Under the pieces are notes generated by a model. That model worked only from the letters and a program-made list of their open reading frames with translations, searched no databases and was not told the DNA's origin. The position numbers were made by a program, and so were the translations under genes. A DNA stretch of 64,000 nucleotides, from positions 30,191,648 through 30,255,647 of the forward strand of contig NC_092673.1 in assembly GCF_964355755.1 (NCBI RefSeq), written 5' to 3'. Positions 14,053 to 26,370 of the stretch are shown here, piece by piece; within the stretch, counting starts at the first letter, position 1, and each line of letters opens with the position of its first letter. Origin of the DNA: Antedon mediterranea. Lineage: Eukaryota > Animalia > Echinodermata.

Positions 14053-14612
14053 AAACAAGGCCATATAGATGGCTGCAGTCACGTGCTCATTAGTGTTTAC
14101 CGACCGACCGACCAACCTACCAACTGACCAAAATTACTGAACATGTTTAAAAATGTTGAAATGTTTAAAAACATTTATATTTTTTTAATTTACACGTGCG
14201 TAGCCTGTCACTTTTGACGTGCTCGTATAAGGTAATTTCGAGTTGAAAAGTAAGTCAAGAAAACAGAAATCGGGCAAAAAGAGTGCGATATAACATTTAA
14301 CGCGCAGTGATGATTTATGCCCTGAAATTTATGAGTACCAAATTTGATTTAATTGTGATTCATGGTTGTGAAGATATGATTACAAACGTGATTTCGTTAA
14401 ATCGTGCGTAGACTGCGTAATGAAACATAACCACATCGATTCCTGGCCATAAGGAATATACTGTGAAAAATTGACTTAGCTAGATTAAACTGATATCAAG
14501 ATAAGGTCAGAAAGCGATAAAACGCATAGTGATACCGGACCGACAGAAAGACCGACAGACCGACAGACCGACTGACATAGTGAACTATAGAGTCGCGTCC
14601 ACGCGACTAAAA
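14053..14612 (+). mobile_element. Helentron-associated non-autonomous element (HINE/DINE-1/pearl-like)
   Basis: (GACC/GACA)n microsatellites near both ends, 3' hairpin agtcgcgt-cc-acgcgact followed by an A-run, and a matching subterminal gtcacgtg at the 5' end. Confidence 0.65.
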
Positions 14613-16118
14613 ACTGGATAGAAATTACTAATGGAATATGTCTACCTTCATGTAACTACTTTAACAAAGTAATCGTCTTAGAGAATTCATTTTAAATGAT
14701 GAAATTATGTTTTTTCTAACAAACAACTAGTTTAACTGATTAAAATTATCGTTAGAGAAATAAATATTACATTAAATAATCACTTTATCATTCTATATTT
14801 ATACTAATGGATATTATTCAGCACTTAAAAGGAATATAAGATTGTTGGAGAAACAAGTGAAAATTATGACTGATGGGACTACAGTATCATGATCAGTTTG
14901 CGATCTAATTTAGAAGAAGAAATTTAAATAAAAACTGGAATAAAGCATTGGTATGCATAAGTATATCTATTTCAATCTTTAAAAAAAATTCAAAAAATTC
15001 TGGTTTTAATTCAAAAAACATTTATTTTATCAAATGTCATACAAATAATACACAGCATAACATGAGGACCAACCTAGATGTAAACAGGTATATGGGTACA
15101 TCCCTCTACCTTAAACAAAGTTTGGTGCGTACCAGTGCATTTCTCATATTTTACAGTGTACCGCCAGACCTTTGGTACATTATGCTTTCTAATAATCATG
15201 TAAAAAGCAACGCAACGAATGGAAAACTACGTCATGATAAAATCAGTCGCGTAAAATGGACAACAGAAAAAAAAAGTTGCAGCAGAAAACTTGTCGTTGG
15301 CACTTCAAAGAGGCGGAAAGCTGACGCGTCATGAAATATTGTATCAGCTTTTGAACGCGCGCGTACAATCAATGTTGTGTTCTCCGTGGTCTCACTTTAC
15401 GATTTAGCTAAATTAATTTTGTATTAACATTAAAATGTGTTGAAGAATATGCATTCCGTAATATATAGTGCAGTGTCGATGTATTCATAGTACGTTGCTC
15501 TTAGTATCATGTTACTACTCTCAGTTGTGGCACGTGCAAATCAATCCAGTTATTAATATAATTTCAAATCAACATTATAGTAGAGTAGCTTTACTTGTAT
15601 TGGCCTATTTAAACAATCAAGTTAAATTAACACAAAAACAGGCAAGGTAGACACAATATCGGACAAACCGTCATACAGGCGTGACCAACAGATACAAGAT
15701 GAAGTCACGATTCCGTTGTTTCTTGAATATGAATCGCATGCATCGTTTGTGTCTAAAAAAATGAAATAGTACACTTAAAGAGTCGCGCGCTGTTCACATA
15801 AGTGCGCGAATAAACTGCCAATTCTCCTTAAAAGTAGGCATAATGTTTTTTTTATGGTGTTCCAAATTGCAAAACACAAATACGCGGTTTTCGAATCGAA
15901 AAGTCGTAAATAAAGGATGCAGTATGCTGTAATCCGGTATCAATTATGATTTATCTGACGATGATCATTGCGCGTTCGTTCACGACGACGTCCTACATAT
16001 AAATGGTAGACGATATTGGGGCTTTTGTAAGCATTACCTTTTTTATCCACGCACCAAATGCTTACAAATAAGCGGGTAGATTTAGTTAGGCCTACAAATA
16101 AAAAAATATCGTACTCAC

Positions 16119-16369
16119 CAGAATTGCCATTGTTGATTGCAATGATGAGAGCACTGCGACCCTCTCTGTCCACACAGTTGATGTTCAAATCAGGAGCATT
16201 ATCCAACGCATATAGAATCGCTTTCTTGTCCCCTTTCTCAGCCGCGGCTAAAAATAGCTTTTCCATTCCTGCAATGTCGATAATGCGTACCCTCGGACAT
16301 GAGCTGATACTCCGTGCCTCCACCGCATCATCAACCTCGGAATCCATAAAATCCTGCATATTCACCAAA
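16119..16369 (-). CDS. exon of a TRPC/TRP-gamma-like cation channel gene (first ankyrin repeats)
   Basis: EKLFLAAAEKGDKKAILYALDNAPDLNINCVDREGRSALIIAINNGN matches the TRPC N-terminal pattern EKxFLxAAExGD...NINCVDxLGRxALxIAIEN. Canonical donor G|gtgagt at 16119/16118. Acceptor tttgtttgttaag at 16370. In-exon ATG at 16359. No downstream exon found in 1-16118. Confidence 0.8.
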
Positions 16370-17611
16370 CTTAACAAACAAATATAAAAAATATCAACTC
16401 TGAAAAATTCAATTTATAAGAAATTGAATAGATACAATAATAATATCCGGTGATTTATTCCAAACAGGACGAGGTTCTCAACTGATCAAGCCCAAAGAAG
16501 AAAAAAAAAAATCCCAGTATTTAATTGTTCAGTAAGTTTATCTTTTAACAAAGCCTGGTTACGTACTCCATCTCTTGTAAGCTGCGTCAAAATGAAAAGA
16601 TTTCGTTGACAAAATGTTCTTGCGCAGTCTCACTATTATCCAATGTTAACGAATGGATACCACAAAAAGTAGACTCGAAAGCTAATGGCTCTGCTGTAAT
16701 GTTTCATTTTTCTACGCTTGAGTAAGCTCGAAACTTGGGACTGATGTATTTATTATACGGCTGATTGGAGATGAATGCTTTGCGCAAGCGCCAAAATAAG
16801 TTCACAGTAACCAGGGGAAATATAAAAACGTAGACATTTAAATTTATAAAATGATATTTAAAAGAAATGAAAGATATTGCGATTAACATTAACATGTTAT
16901 AACAATTATTATACGTTTCATTATAGACTAGGCGTATGAGTTTCGAGGTACTACATTGATTCGTCCACTATCACCTCCCCCAATGCTTTACACCTTCAAA
17001 TTTGACGTCAGCAAATAAAATGTATCTTTTATATAGCGTCATCGATGCCACGCGTTTTAGATGTATTCATGTGCGTTAATCAATACTGTCGACGCGTCAC
17101 TCGGTAATGATTTCTCTAATTTACTCGTTTTGCAACTATTCGGCTACAGTAATAAAGAATACACAAGAAAGACTAATTGCATTCAGGTTTTTCTAGAGTC
17201 GATAAGTAAAATATTAATAATATTAACATACCTAGTTAGATTTAAATGTAATGTTGATTCTTAGAGACTTTAATTATCGAATTATTTTGATTGAGTGCGT
17301 GATTTACCAAAGACTCTGAATCGAAGAAATAAACAATAGGTGCGGCAGAATCAAAGACGTTATTACTTTAAACCCCAGACTAAAAGCATAAACTTAATGA
17401 ATCGTGAAGAGCGCCTTTGGGATTTTTTTTTCTTGAATTCATTTCATTTTATATCCGGGATATACGTGTCAATTAATGTATAAACCTTTAACGCACTGTA
17501 GAATGTGATCAAAGAAATATTTGATGTAATGTATTACCCACCACACAGATATGTTACAAAATCATGCCACATGATAACTAAGTAAAGGACCATGGGACAA
17601 TTATTCTAATA

Positions 17612-17758
17612 CAGTTGCTGCAGTAACTAAATTTTTTAAAATCTTTGACCAGTTTTTGCAATCATTTCGCAAGATATTCATTATGACTGTCTCAGTCTAT
17701 ATTGAAACTAAAAATCATTATATAACGCAGTAAGAAAATGTAGTTACTGCAGCAACTG
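17612..17758. mobile_element. short MITE with CAGT-starting TIRs (Tc1/mariner-like)
   Basis: cagttgctgcagtaacta .. tagttactgcagcaactg is a perfect 18-bp IR, preceded by TA. Confidence 0.65.
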
Positions 17759-19099
17759 CAGTATAAGATATGTCATTGTTCGAATGCTCTTGGTTCCCAC
17801 TTACGCCATGTTGCGCCAGCTACAAATTCAATCGATAATTAACCGATAATAAATAATAAACGATAAAGATTCATCCCTGTAAAAAGGTTGTTGAACCCAG
17901 GGAAGATTGAAATTACTATTTTCACTCTTCCCGGGATTAATCGATTCCGTTTGAAAAAAAAATGATAATTTTATCATTCAAATCCGATAATTTTTAACCA
18001 TTTATGAAGTTCAGGTTATAAAATATGACAACAAATAAATCAAAATTGTTATCTTTGTAATTACAATTCAAATAGAGGGGGCTCGAACTTTTGACCACTT
18101 AGTAATTTTAAGTATGAACTGATAAATAGATTCTCAGCCTGTTCCTTTTGCTTACAAAATCTGAAGTTTACTTCCAATATATTTCCCCCCTAGAATAATT
18201 ATTAGATAAGTTCAATAATTAAATATTATCTCTGAGCAAGAATACAACATACAATCAGAAACAGTTATTGCAAAATATTGTATATATACCTACATTCTAC
18301 AAACGAGTTTGACGTAGCGTAACGGATAATGATGCAAAATCACGCATTAACTTGCATGAATTTGCTTTTGTTGACGTGCATGTTGTAAATCACATTTATA
18401 TATTTAAAATGTCACCCTTTCTTGGTTTTATTATGTTTAAACGTTATAATTATATAGATTAAACTGGGGGAAAAATTTTATGGAAATCTGGGCTTAGAAT
18501 AAGCTAATTTGAAATAGGTCCAAATTAATATTCCATGGTAATTGAAGTTACCGCACCGAAAACAATCGAATTAACACAAAATACAATTCACATTTCAATG
18601 AAATAGGTCTAATAGTAATTTCCAACAAAAGACAATGGTAGATATTCGCTTATAAAATCGAACGTGATAATCAGCGTAAAATTAACGTCTTAATGTTTAA
18701 CAAGCGTAAATATGAAAGTTATTATAATTAAGGTAATTTAAATAATGGTTTTCTACCTCCTTTGATCATTATTTCATTAAACGTCACTTAGACGAATTGA
18801 GTTTATTAATATCTATAAATTACCAAGTAACTACCGAGGAGTTATTCTTTCAAATACAATATTAATGGCTCGATTTTCAAATTAATATTTGATTAATATT
18901 GTAGAGAGATCAATGAGATCAAATCGGTGCTTTATAAGAAAATTCAACGAGGAGGAATATATGTAATTACGAATATCTAATTATGATACATTGTACTCTT
19001 ATGTAATATAATAATTGTAATTTAAGTATTTCTGAGTTGTTGTAATTGTATTGTATATGTTAAACCAAGCTGTAAGTGGCGGATTTGTTTCTGCTGTTG

Positions 19100-19600
19100 T
19101 TTCTGTGGTATCAGTGGCTGGATATCAACGAAGATACGAAATAAAATAAGCAATGAAAAAATGACAATGCTGTGGGTATCAGTGGCTGGATCTCAATGAA
19201 GATACAAATAAAATAAGCAATGAAAAAATGACAATGCTGTGGGTATCAGTGGCTGGATCTCAATGGAAGTACAAAATGACAATGCTGTGGGTATCAGTGG
19301 CTGGATCTCAATGGAGATACAAAATGACAATGCTGTGGGTATCAGTGGCTGGATCTCAATGGAAGTACAAAATGACAATGCTGTGGGTATCAGTGGCTGG
19401 ATATCGAGACATACAAAATGACAATGCTGTGGGTATCAGTGGCTGGATCTCAATGGAAGTACAAAATGACAATGCTGTGGGTATCAGTGGCTGGATCTCA
19501 ATGGAGATACAAAATGACAATGCTGTGGGTATCAGTGGCTGGATCTCAATGGAAGTACAAAATGACAATGCAGTGGCTGGATATCAATAAAGATACAAAT
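19100..19600. repeat. 48-bp minisatellite, about 9-10 copies
   Basis: Unit aaaatgacaatgctgtgggtatcagtggctggatctcaatgga(agt/gat)ac; it explains the repetitive ORFs on both strands. Confidence 0.95.
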
Positions 19601-20201
19601 GAAATAAGCTCGTAAAAAATCAAAATGGTAAAGTAAAACTGCCATAGGGAAAGTGCCGAACTTTCCGAAAAAAGGTATATTTTTTAGTTAGGACTAATTT
19701 TACTATAATATATATATAATTTGACAGGAATTGGAACCGCCCACTGATTATATTGGAAAGAAATCATAATTTCTAAGCTGTAAAAATCTATGAAAATGAG
19801 AAAAAGCCACCCAAATCAAGATTTGAACTAGGAATCTTCATGATATGCAGACATCCTGTATTATAATATTTGTATTAACAAGGAAGAGCGAGATTACAAA
19901 TATTCCTTGATATTAAGTATAAGTCTTTAATCTAGCTAATGTTGCGGGTTACAAGAAATGTTCGAACAAGTGTCAACATTACAATTTTCCTCCTTTTGTT
20001 ATATTTATTAATGAGTAGTTAGTTGCTCGATAAGAACGCAACACAAGCAACCAGTAACAAGCGATGTTTTTTTCGAACGGTTGTTTGTCTGCGTCTACGC
20101 CATATGCGTTGCGTCTACGAATGGGAACCAAGCTTTATACATCCTAGGTTTATATTCAAAACTGCAACACACTATAATTGCTATATGAAACAATAGCCTA
20201 C

Positions 20202-20290
20202 CTTCTGTAGTCATTTGAAGAAGTCCGTCCAAAAGCTCTGTCTTGATATTTTCCTTCCGATGATCCTCTACCGTATTTTAATACTATCAT
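20202..20290 (-). CDS. probable start-codon exon of the TRPC-like gene (coding part; exon 20202-20321)
   Basis: ttgtattccag|...in-frame TAA...ATG ATA GTA (MIVLKYGRGSSEGKYQDRAFGRTSSNDYR) AG|gtaggc. The phase-2 end splices in frame into the 16369 acceptor (AG+T = Ser, then LVNMQDF). Confidence 0.5.
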
Positions 20291-20380
20291 AACATCAGCA
20301 CATTTTTAGACCAAATTGAGACTGGAATACAAACAATATTAACGTTTAAATAATATAGGCTATTTAATGTTTAATTAAGT

Positions 20381-20545
20381 AATAATAATACTATTTATTC
20401 GGTCATCAATGTAAAAATAAACAGGAATGATAATAGATTCTGCACTCACTCCATACAATACAAACAGTTAAGATAAAACCATATGCAAGAAAAATACAAA
20501 TAAACTATACATAACATGAAATATAGTGTTTTGTTTGAGCATACT
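20381..20545 (-). mobile_element. second copy of the LINE 3' UTR seen at 35495-35665
   Basis: Near-identical tatttattcggtcatcaatgtaaaaataa...ctgcactcactccatacaatacaaacagttaagataaaaccata...catgaaatatagtgtttt. Confidence 0.7.
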
Positions 20546-22429
20546 TAATTAAGTTGAAAGTGTAATCTATTATCGTACTGGGACTGAAGATCGCCAAAAA
20601 TAAGTTTGGAGAAAATTTAGTATTTTTAAGTGAAGATTTTATATTTAAAACATGCTATGAGTTTTAGGTTAACAATAATCAACTCGATATGTCCTTGGGA
20701 TTATGGAATTTTAACCATAACTTAATGAGTGTGTAATGCCATGCCACTTAACACGCAATACATTCATCTTTTAAAACATTCATTTTATTTAGCTTAAGTG
20801 ACTGAGTTAGGTTGTACATCACACCTAATGCTTTAGTTAATTCAAATAGATGCTGTGCTTTTAACGCTTAGGTCGATCGTCTGACTAAATAAGCTAATCA
20901 TTCCAATTTTGTTTTCTGTTTTACAGGCGCATTAAAAAAACGAAAACACATTCGTGCAGTTAAATTCATCATTTGAAAGCGCGCGTACAAAAGCCGTACC
21001 ATTATTGTCATCAATCGAGCGCGCGCGTACAAAGGTATAGCACATTGTAATCATTTGAACGCGCGCCTACAAGCAATACAATTATTGACATTATTTGAAC
21101 GCGCGTTACTGGCGCACTGAAGAAATGTGACCCAATTACGTAATCAAACTGCATAGCACGATGAGCTCAGGATGAGATTAGAAGCATAGGATATACCGGG
21201 AATACAAATAATGAACGAGTTGATATTTCCATGAGTTGAAAGATTGACTGTCCTATTTAACGAGGCGGAGCAGAGTTAAAAAGGACAGTCAGGCTTTCAA
21301 GGAATAACAATTCTTCAAAATATAGCTTACTGAAGTCTCAAAAGCTGGAGGTTATCAAAATGGCAGTGCTATAATTTTTGGCTACGGAGATTGGTTTTCG
21401 TAAACGTGCACTAGTCACCAGTCTTGCATTTTACACAATTCTCAAAATAACAAAAAAAGCAACGCAAATGCAATAGACCCATTGAATATAACTTTTACCG
21501 TGTGGTAAAACCAATACGGCATGTGATACGAGTACCAATTTATTGTAAAGGATATGTTTGTTGTAAAAATATAGAATTCATGACAGATTGTCGATGAAAA
21601 ACCTCTTAGATGTAACCTTGAGAGAATTTACACAAACTTGTTTTTTATGAAAAGGTTAAGTAGGCCTACAACTGAATGAATGGATGGTAAGGAATATAAA
21701 AGAAATCCTAACTGCTATTAAACAAGTTCACTTTTAAAATAATTTTGTATAATAAAATTGATTTAAAAATTTGAATAAATTACAAGTAAATTGCAATTTG
21801 CATTCCTTACTTTATAAACTAATAAAATGTACTCTTAAAGTACATAGAAGCAATGTTTGAATCAAATCGGTAAGTGTTTTACGGTAAGTTATATTTTGAA
21901 CCAATAAAGCGTTTTTAGACGCTTTACAGAAGAATAAAACGAGAGCAGACCAACTTTATCTTGAGGAGAAGTCGATAGGTTATCAATGAAACGTCATTAA
22001 GGTAAAATATAATTACGTTCGATTGATTGATTGATTTGAATTTATTTGGAAATCTTTTAATTTTTCAATAACGACCGTCTCATATAAAAAAGTACCGATC
22101 AATACTAGTAAATAAATAAATAAAGTCTATAAACAAAAATTTAAAATGCTACAAGTAGGTTGTTACCACGTGTAATAATATAAATTAGCTCGTACCCGTA
22201 ATTATGACATTATGAATTATTGATATTACTAGATGAATGTATAATACATGTATTTATATGTTCATAAGTTCAGCTATTGTGTATAAGTACGTTACCACAA
22301 CCACCAAGGATACATTCTCCGAATTAACAATGCTAAAAATATTTGTAAACACGTTGAATATTTATGAATAAAGTACATTATGGTATTGCCTGGATGCAAC
22401 ATACGGGTTGGTTACAATAAGCAAGGAAT

Positions 22430-25090
22430 AACTACAGGTACGTGTATCATACCTTCTTTTTCTGATGAAGTCTTTCTGATGAACAACTACGTGTATCATA
22501 CATTCTACTTCTGATGAAATCTTTCTGTTGAACTACGTGTATAATACATTCTCCTTCTGATGAAGTCTTTCTGATAAACAGTACTTGTATCATACGTTCT
22601 TTTTCTGATGATAAACAGTACGTGTATTAGACATGATCTTTCTGATAAATAGTATATGTGTATCATACATTCTCTTTCTGGTAAACAGTTACTGTACGTG
22701 TATCAACTCTCACTTTCTGATAAACAGTACGTATATTATGCATTCTCTTTATGATAAACAGTTACTGTACGTGTATCAACTCTCACTTTCTGATAAACAG
22801 TACGTGTATTATGCGTTCTCTTTCTGATAAACAGTTACTGTACGTGTATCAACTCTCACTTTCTGATAAACAGTACGTATATTATGCATTCTCTTTATGA
22901 TAAACAGTTACTGTACGTGTATCAACTCTCACTTTCTGATAAACAGTACGTGTAATTATGCATTCTCTTTATGATAAACAGTTACTGTACGTGTATCAAC
23001 TCTCACTTTCTGATAAACAGTACGTGTATTATGCGTTCTCTTTCTGATAAACAGTTACTGTACGTGTATCAACTCTCACTTTCTGATAAACAGTACGTGT
23101 AATTATGCATTCTCTTTCTGGTAAACAGTTACTGTACGTGTATCAACTCTCACTTTCTGATAAACAGTACGTATATTATGCATTCTCTTTATGATAAACA
23201 GTTACTGTACGTGTATCAACTCTCACTTTCTGATAAACAGTACGTGTAATTATGCATTCTCTTTATGATAAACAGTTACTGTACGTGTATCAACTCTCAC
23301 TTTCTGATAAACAGTACGTGTATTATGCGTTCTCTTTCTGATAAACAGTTACTGTACGTGTATCAACTCTCACTTTCTGATAAACAGTACGTGTATTATG
23401 CGTTCTCTTTCTGATAAACAGTTACTGTACGTGTATCAACTCTCACTTTCTGATAAACAGTACGTGTATTATGCGTTCTCTTTCTGATAAACAGTTACTG
23501 TACGTGTATCAACTCTCACTTTCTGATAAACAGTACGTATATTATGCATTCTCTTTATGATAAACAGTTACTGTACGTGTATCAACTCTCACTTTCTGAT
23601 AAACAGTACGTGTATTATGCGTTCTCTTTCTCATAAACAGTTACTGTACGTGTATCAACTCTCACTTTCTGATAAACAGTACGTATATTATGCATTCTCT
23701 TTATGATAAACAGTTACTGTACGTGTATCAACTCTCACTTTCTGATAAACAGTACGTGTATTATGCGTTCTCTTTCTGATAAACAGTTACTGTACGTGTA
23801 TCAACTCTCACTTTCTGATAAACAGTACGTGTATTATGCGTTCTCTTTCTGATAAACAGTTACTGTACGTGTATCAACTCTCACTTTCTGATAAACAGTA
23901 CGTGTATTATGCGTTCTCTTTCTGATAAACAGTTACTGTACGTGTATCAACTCTCACTTTCTGATAAACAGTACGTATATTATGCGTTCTCTTTCTGATA
24001 AACAGTTACTGTACGTGTATCAACTCTCACTTTCTGATAAACAGTACGTGTATTATGCATTCTCTTTATGATAAACAGTTACTGTACGTGTATCAACTCT
24101 CACTTTCTGATAAACAGTACGTGTATTATGCGTTCTCTTTCTGATAAACAGTTACTGTACGTGTATCAACTCTCACTTTCTGATAAACAGTACGTGTATT
24201 ATGCATTCTCTTTATGATAAACAGTTACTGTACGTGTATCAACTCTCACTTTCTGATAAACAGTACGTGTATTATGCATTCTCTTTATGATAAACAGTTA
24301 CTGTACGTGTATCAACTCTCACTTTCTGATAAACAGTACGTGTATTATGCGTTCTCTTTCTGATAAACAGTTACTGTACGTGTATCAACTCTCACTTTCT
24401 GATAAACAGTACGTGTATTATGCGTTCTCTTTCTGATAAACAGTTACTGTACGTGTATCAACTCTCACTTTCTGATAAACAGTACGTGTATTATGCGTTC
24501 TCTTTCTGATAAACAGTTACTGTACGTGTATCAACTCTCACTTTCTGATAAACAGTACGTATATTATGCGTTCTCTTTCTGATAAACAGTTACTGTACGT
24601 GTATCAACTCTCACTTTCTGATAAACAGTACGTGTATTATGCATTCTCTTTATGATAAACAGTTACTGTACGTGTATCAACTCTCACTTTCTGATAAACA
24701 GTACGTGTATTATGCGTTCTCTTTCTGATAAACAGTTACTGTACGTGTATCAACTCTCACTTTCTGATAAACAGTACGTGTATTATGCATTCTCTTTATG
24801 ATAAACAGTTACTGTACGTGTATCAACTCTCACTTTCTGATAAACAGTACGTGTATTATGCGTTCTCTTTCTCATAAACAGTTACTGTACGTGTATCAAC
24901 TCTCACTTTCTGATAAACAGTACGTGTATTATGCATTCTCTTTATGATAAACAGTTACTGTACGTGTATCAACTCTCACTTTCTGATAAACAGTACGTGT
25001 ATTATGCGTTCTCTTTCTCATAAACAGTACGTGTATTATACCTTCTCTTTCTCATAAACAGTACGTGTATCATACTTTCTCTCTTTGATG
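22430..25090. repeat. 73-bp dimeric satellite (39+34 bp subunits), about 32 copies with degenerate monomer flanks
   Basis: ctgataaacagttactgtacgtgtatcaactctcacttt + ctgataaacagtacgtgtattatgcgttctcttt, homogeneous from about 22680 to 25020. Confidence 0.97.
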
Positions 25091-26109
25091 AACAACTATG
25101 TATAATTCATACACTCTGATGCATTCAGTAGTTGTATATCAGTTGATAAAATGTAAACGGAAATTAGAGATGTTATATTTATCGGAATTCTGATTGATTT
25201 GTTTAGGCCTATTTTGCTTTATAATTATGTTTTTGTTTGTTTTAAACGTTGTTGCACATATATATTTTTAGAGAATCTATACTCCGTAGCATTGCTATAT
25301 ACTGATACGGGGATCACGAACTAACTGTGACCTCCATCCACCCATATATTATACACTGTATGTTTGTTTTAATTCATTTAAATAGGTGGAAAATAAACTA
25401 AACGAAATAAGGTTATTAAAATAAATTACCCCCCTTTAGAAACCCATACAACTCCTAAAGTCCTGTCTACACTATCAAACTTTATGTGATTTATGAAATA
25501 TGATTTCATATCACTTCACTATTTTTGTCAAACTATCAAATTCAAACAAAACCGCGAGTATTACGCGTGTTATGTTAAATGATTTGTTTAAACAGTAAAT
25601 TAAAATGGAATCGTTAGATACAGTTTGCCTTAGGCCGCATAACTCGAAAATCTCTCGGTTATTCGTACCATTAAAATTGAAAAGAACATGTATAAATAAT
25701 TTCAATTTTTCTTTTATTTTACGATAGCTCTGGGTATTTAACACGTTATAATTTTGCAATAACTCGTGGCCATATTTAGAAGTTAAACGTTCATAAAATG
25801 AAAAAAGACCCACAGGAAACCACATAATTCCTATAAGTTTTATTTCTGACGATGATAGAATGCGCGTGTGACGTTGGTTGTTTAAAATCGTGTGAATGTA
25901 GGTCTATGTTAAGTTGTTTTTTAAAACGGCAGTTCACAACTCATCAGGACAAGTGGCATTCGGATAATAGAAGTACATACTTCATGTTTTACGCAGGCGC
26001 CAGAAGCTTCACGAATGCATTGATGACGTAATTAATGAGCATCATCATTATTCATGTGATAATTACATTAAAGCGGACAATCACCTGTAGGCCTACAAAG
26101 GAGAAACAT

Positions 26110-26370
26110 TACACGAAAACGTAGGGTAAAGAAAAGGGAACGCGGTAGACTGAAGATGGAACGCGATAGATGGGGAAAAGGAACGCGATAGGCGGAAAAG
26201 GGGCGCCACATGGGAATTGGAGAACGTGATAGATGGAAAGGGGAACGCGATAGACGGAAAGGGGCGGCACATGGGAAAGGAGAACGTGATAGATGGAAAG
26301 GGAAACCCCATATATCGGAAAGTATGAAACAGACGGGAAAGGGAAAAACGATAGATGTGAAATGGAAACG
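26110..26370. repeat. degenerate purine-rich tandem repeat
   Basis: Recurring gaacg(c/t)gatagatggaaagg units and a duplicated block of about 60 bp. Confidence 0.7.

Noticed and set aside
15940-16118. C-terminal part of ORF 15940..16377
   Set aside because: Read-through past the gtgagt donor into the intron; ankyrin similarity stops at 16119.
1-16118. Downstream exons of the TRPC-like gene
   Set aside because: No phase-1 exon with the expected ankyrin continuation was recognised; it probably lies outside the window.
19193-19615. Several overlapping repetitive ORFs
   Set aside because: All derive from the 48-bp minisatellite.
22430-25090. CRISPR-like appearance (recurring ctgataaacagt motif with intervening sequence)
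   Set aside because: The intervening segments are identical repeats rather than unique spacers, there are no cas genes, and the context is eukaryotic.
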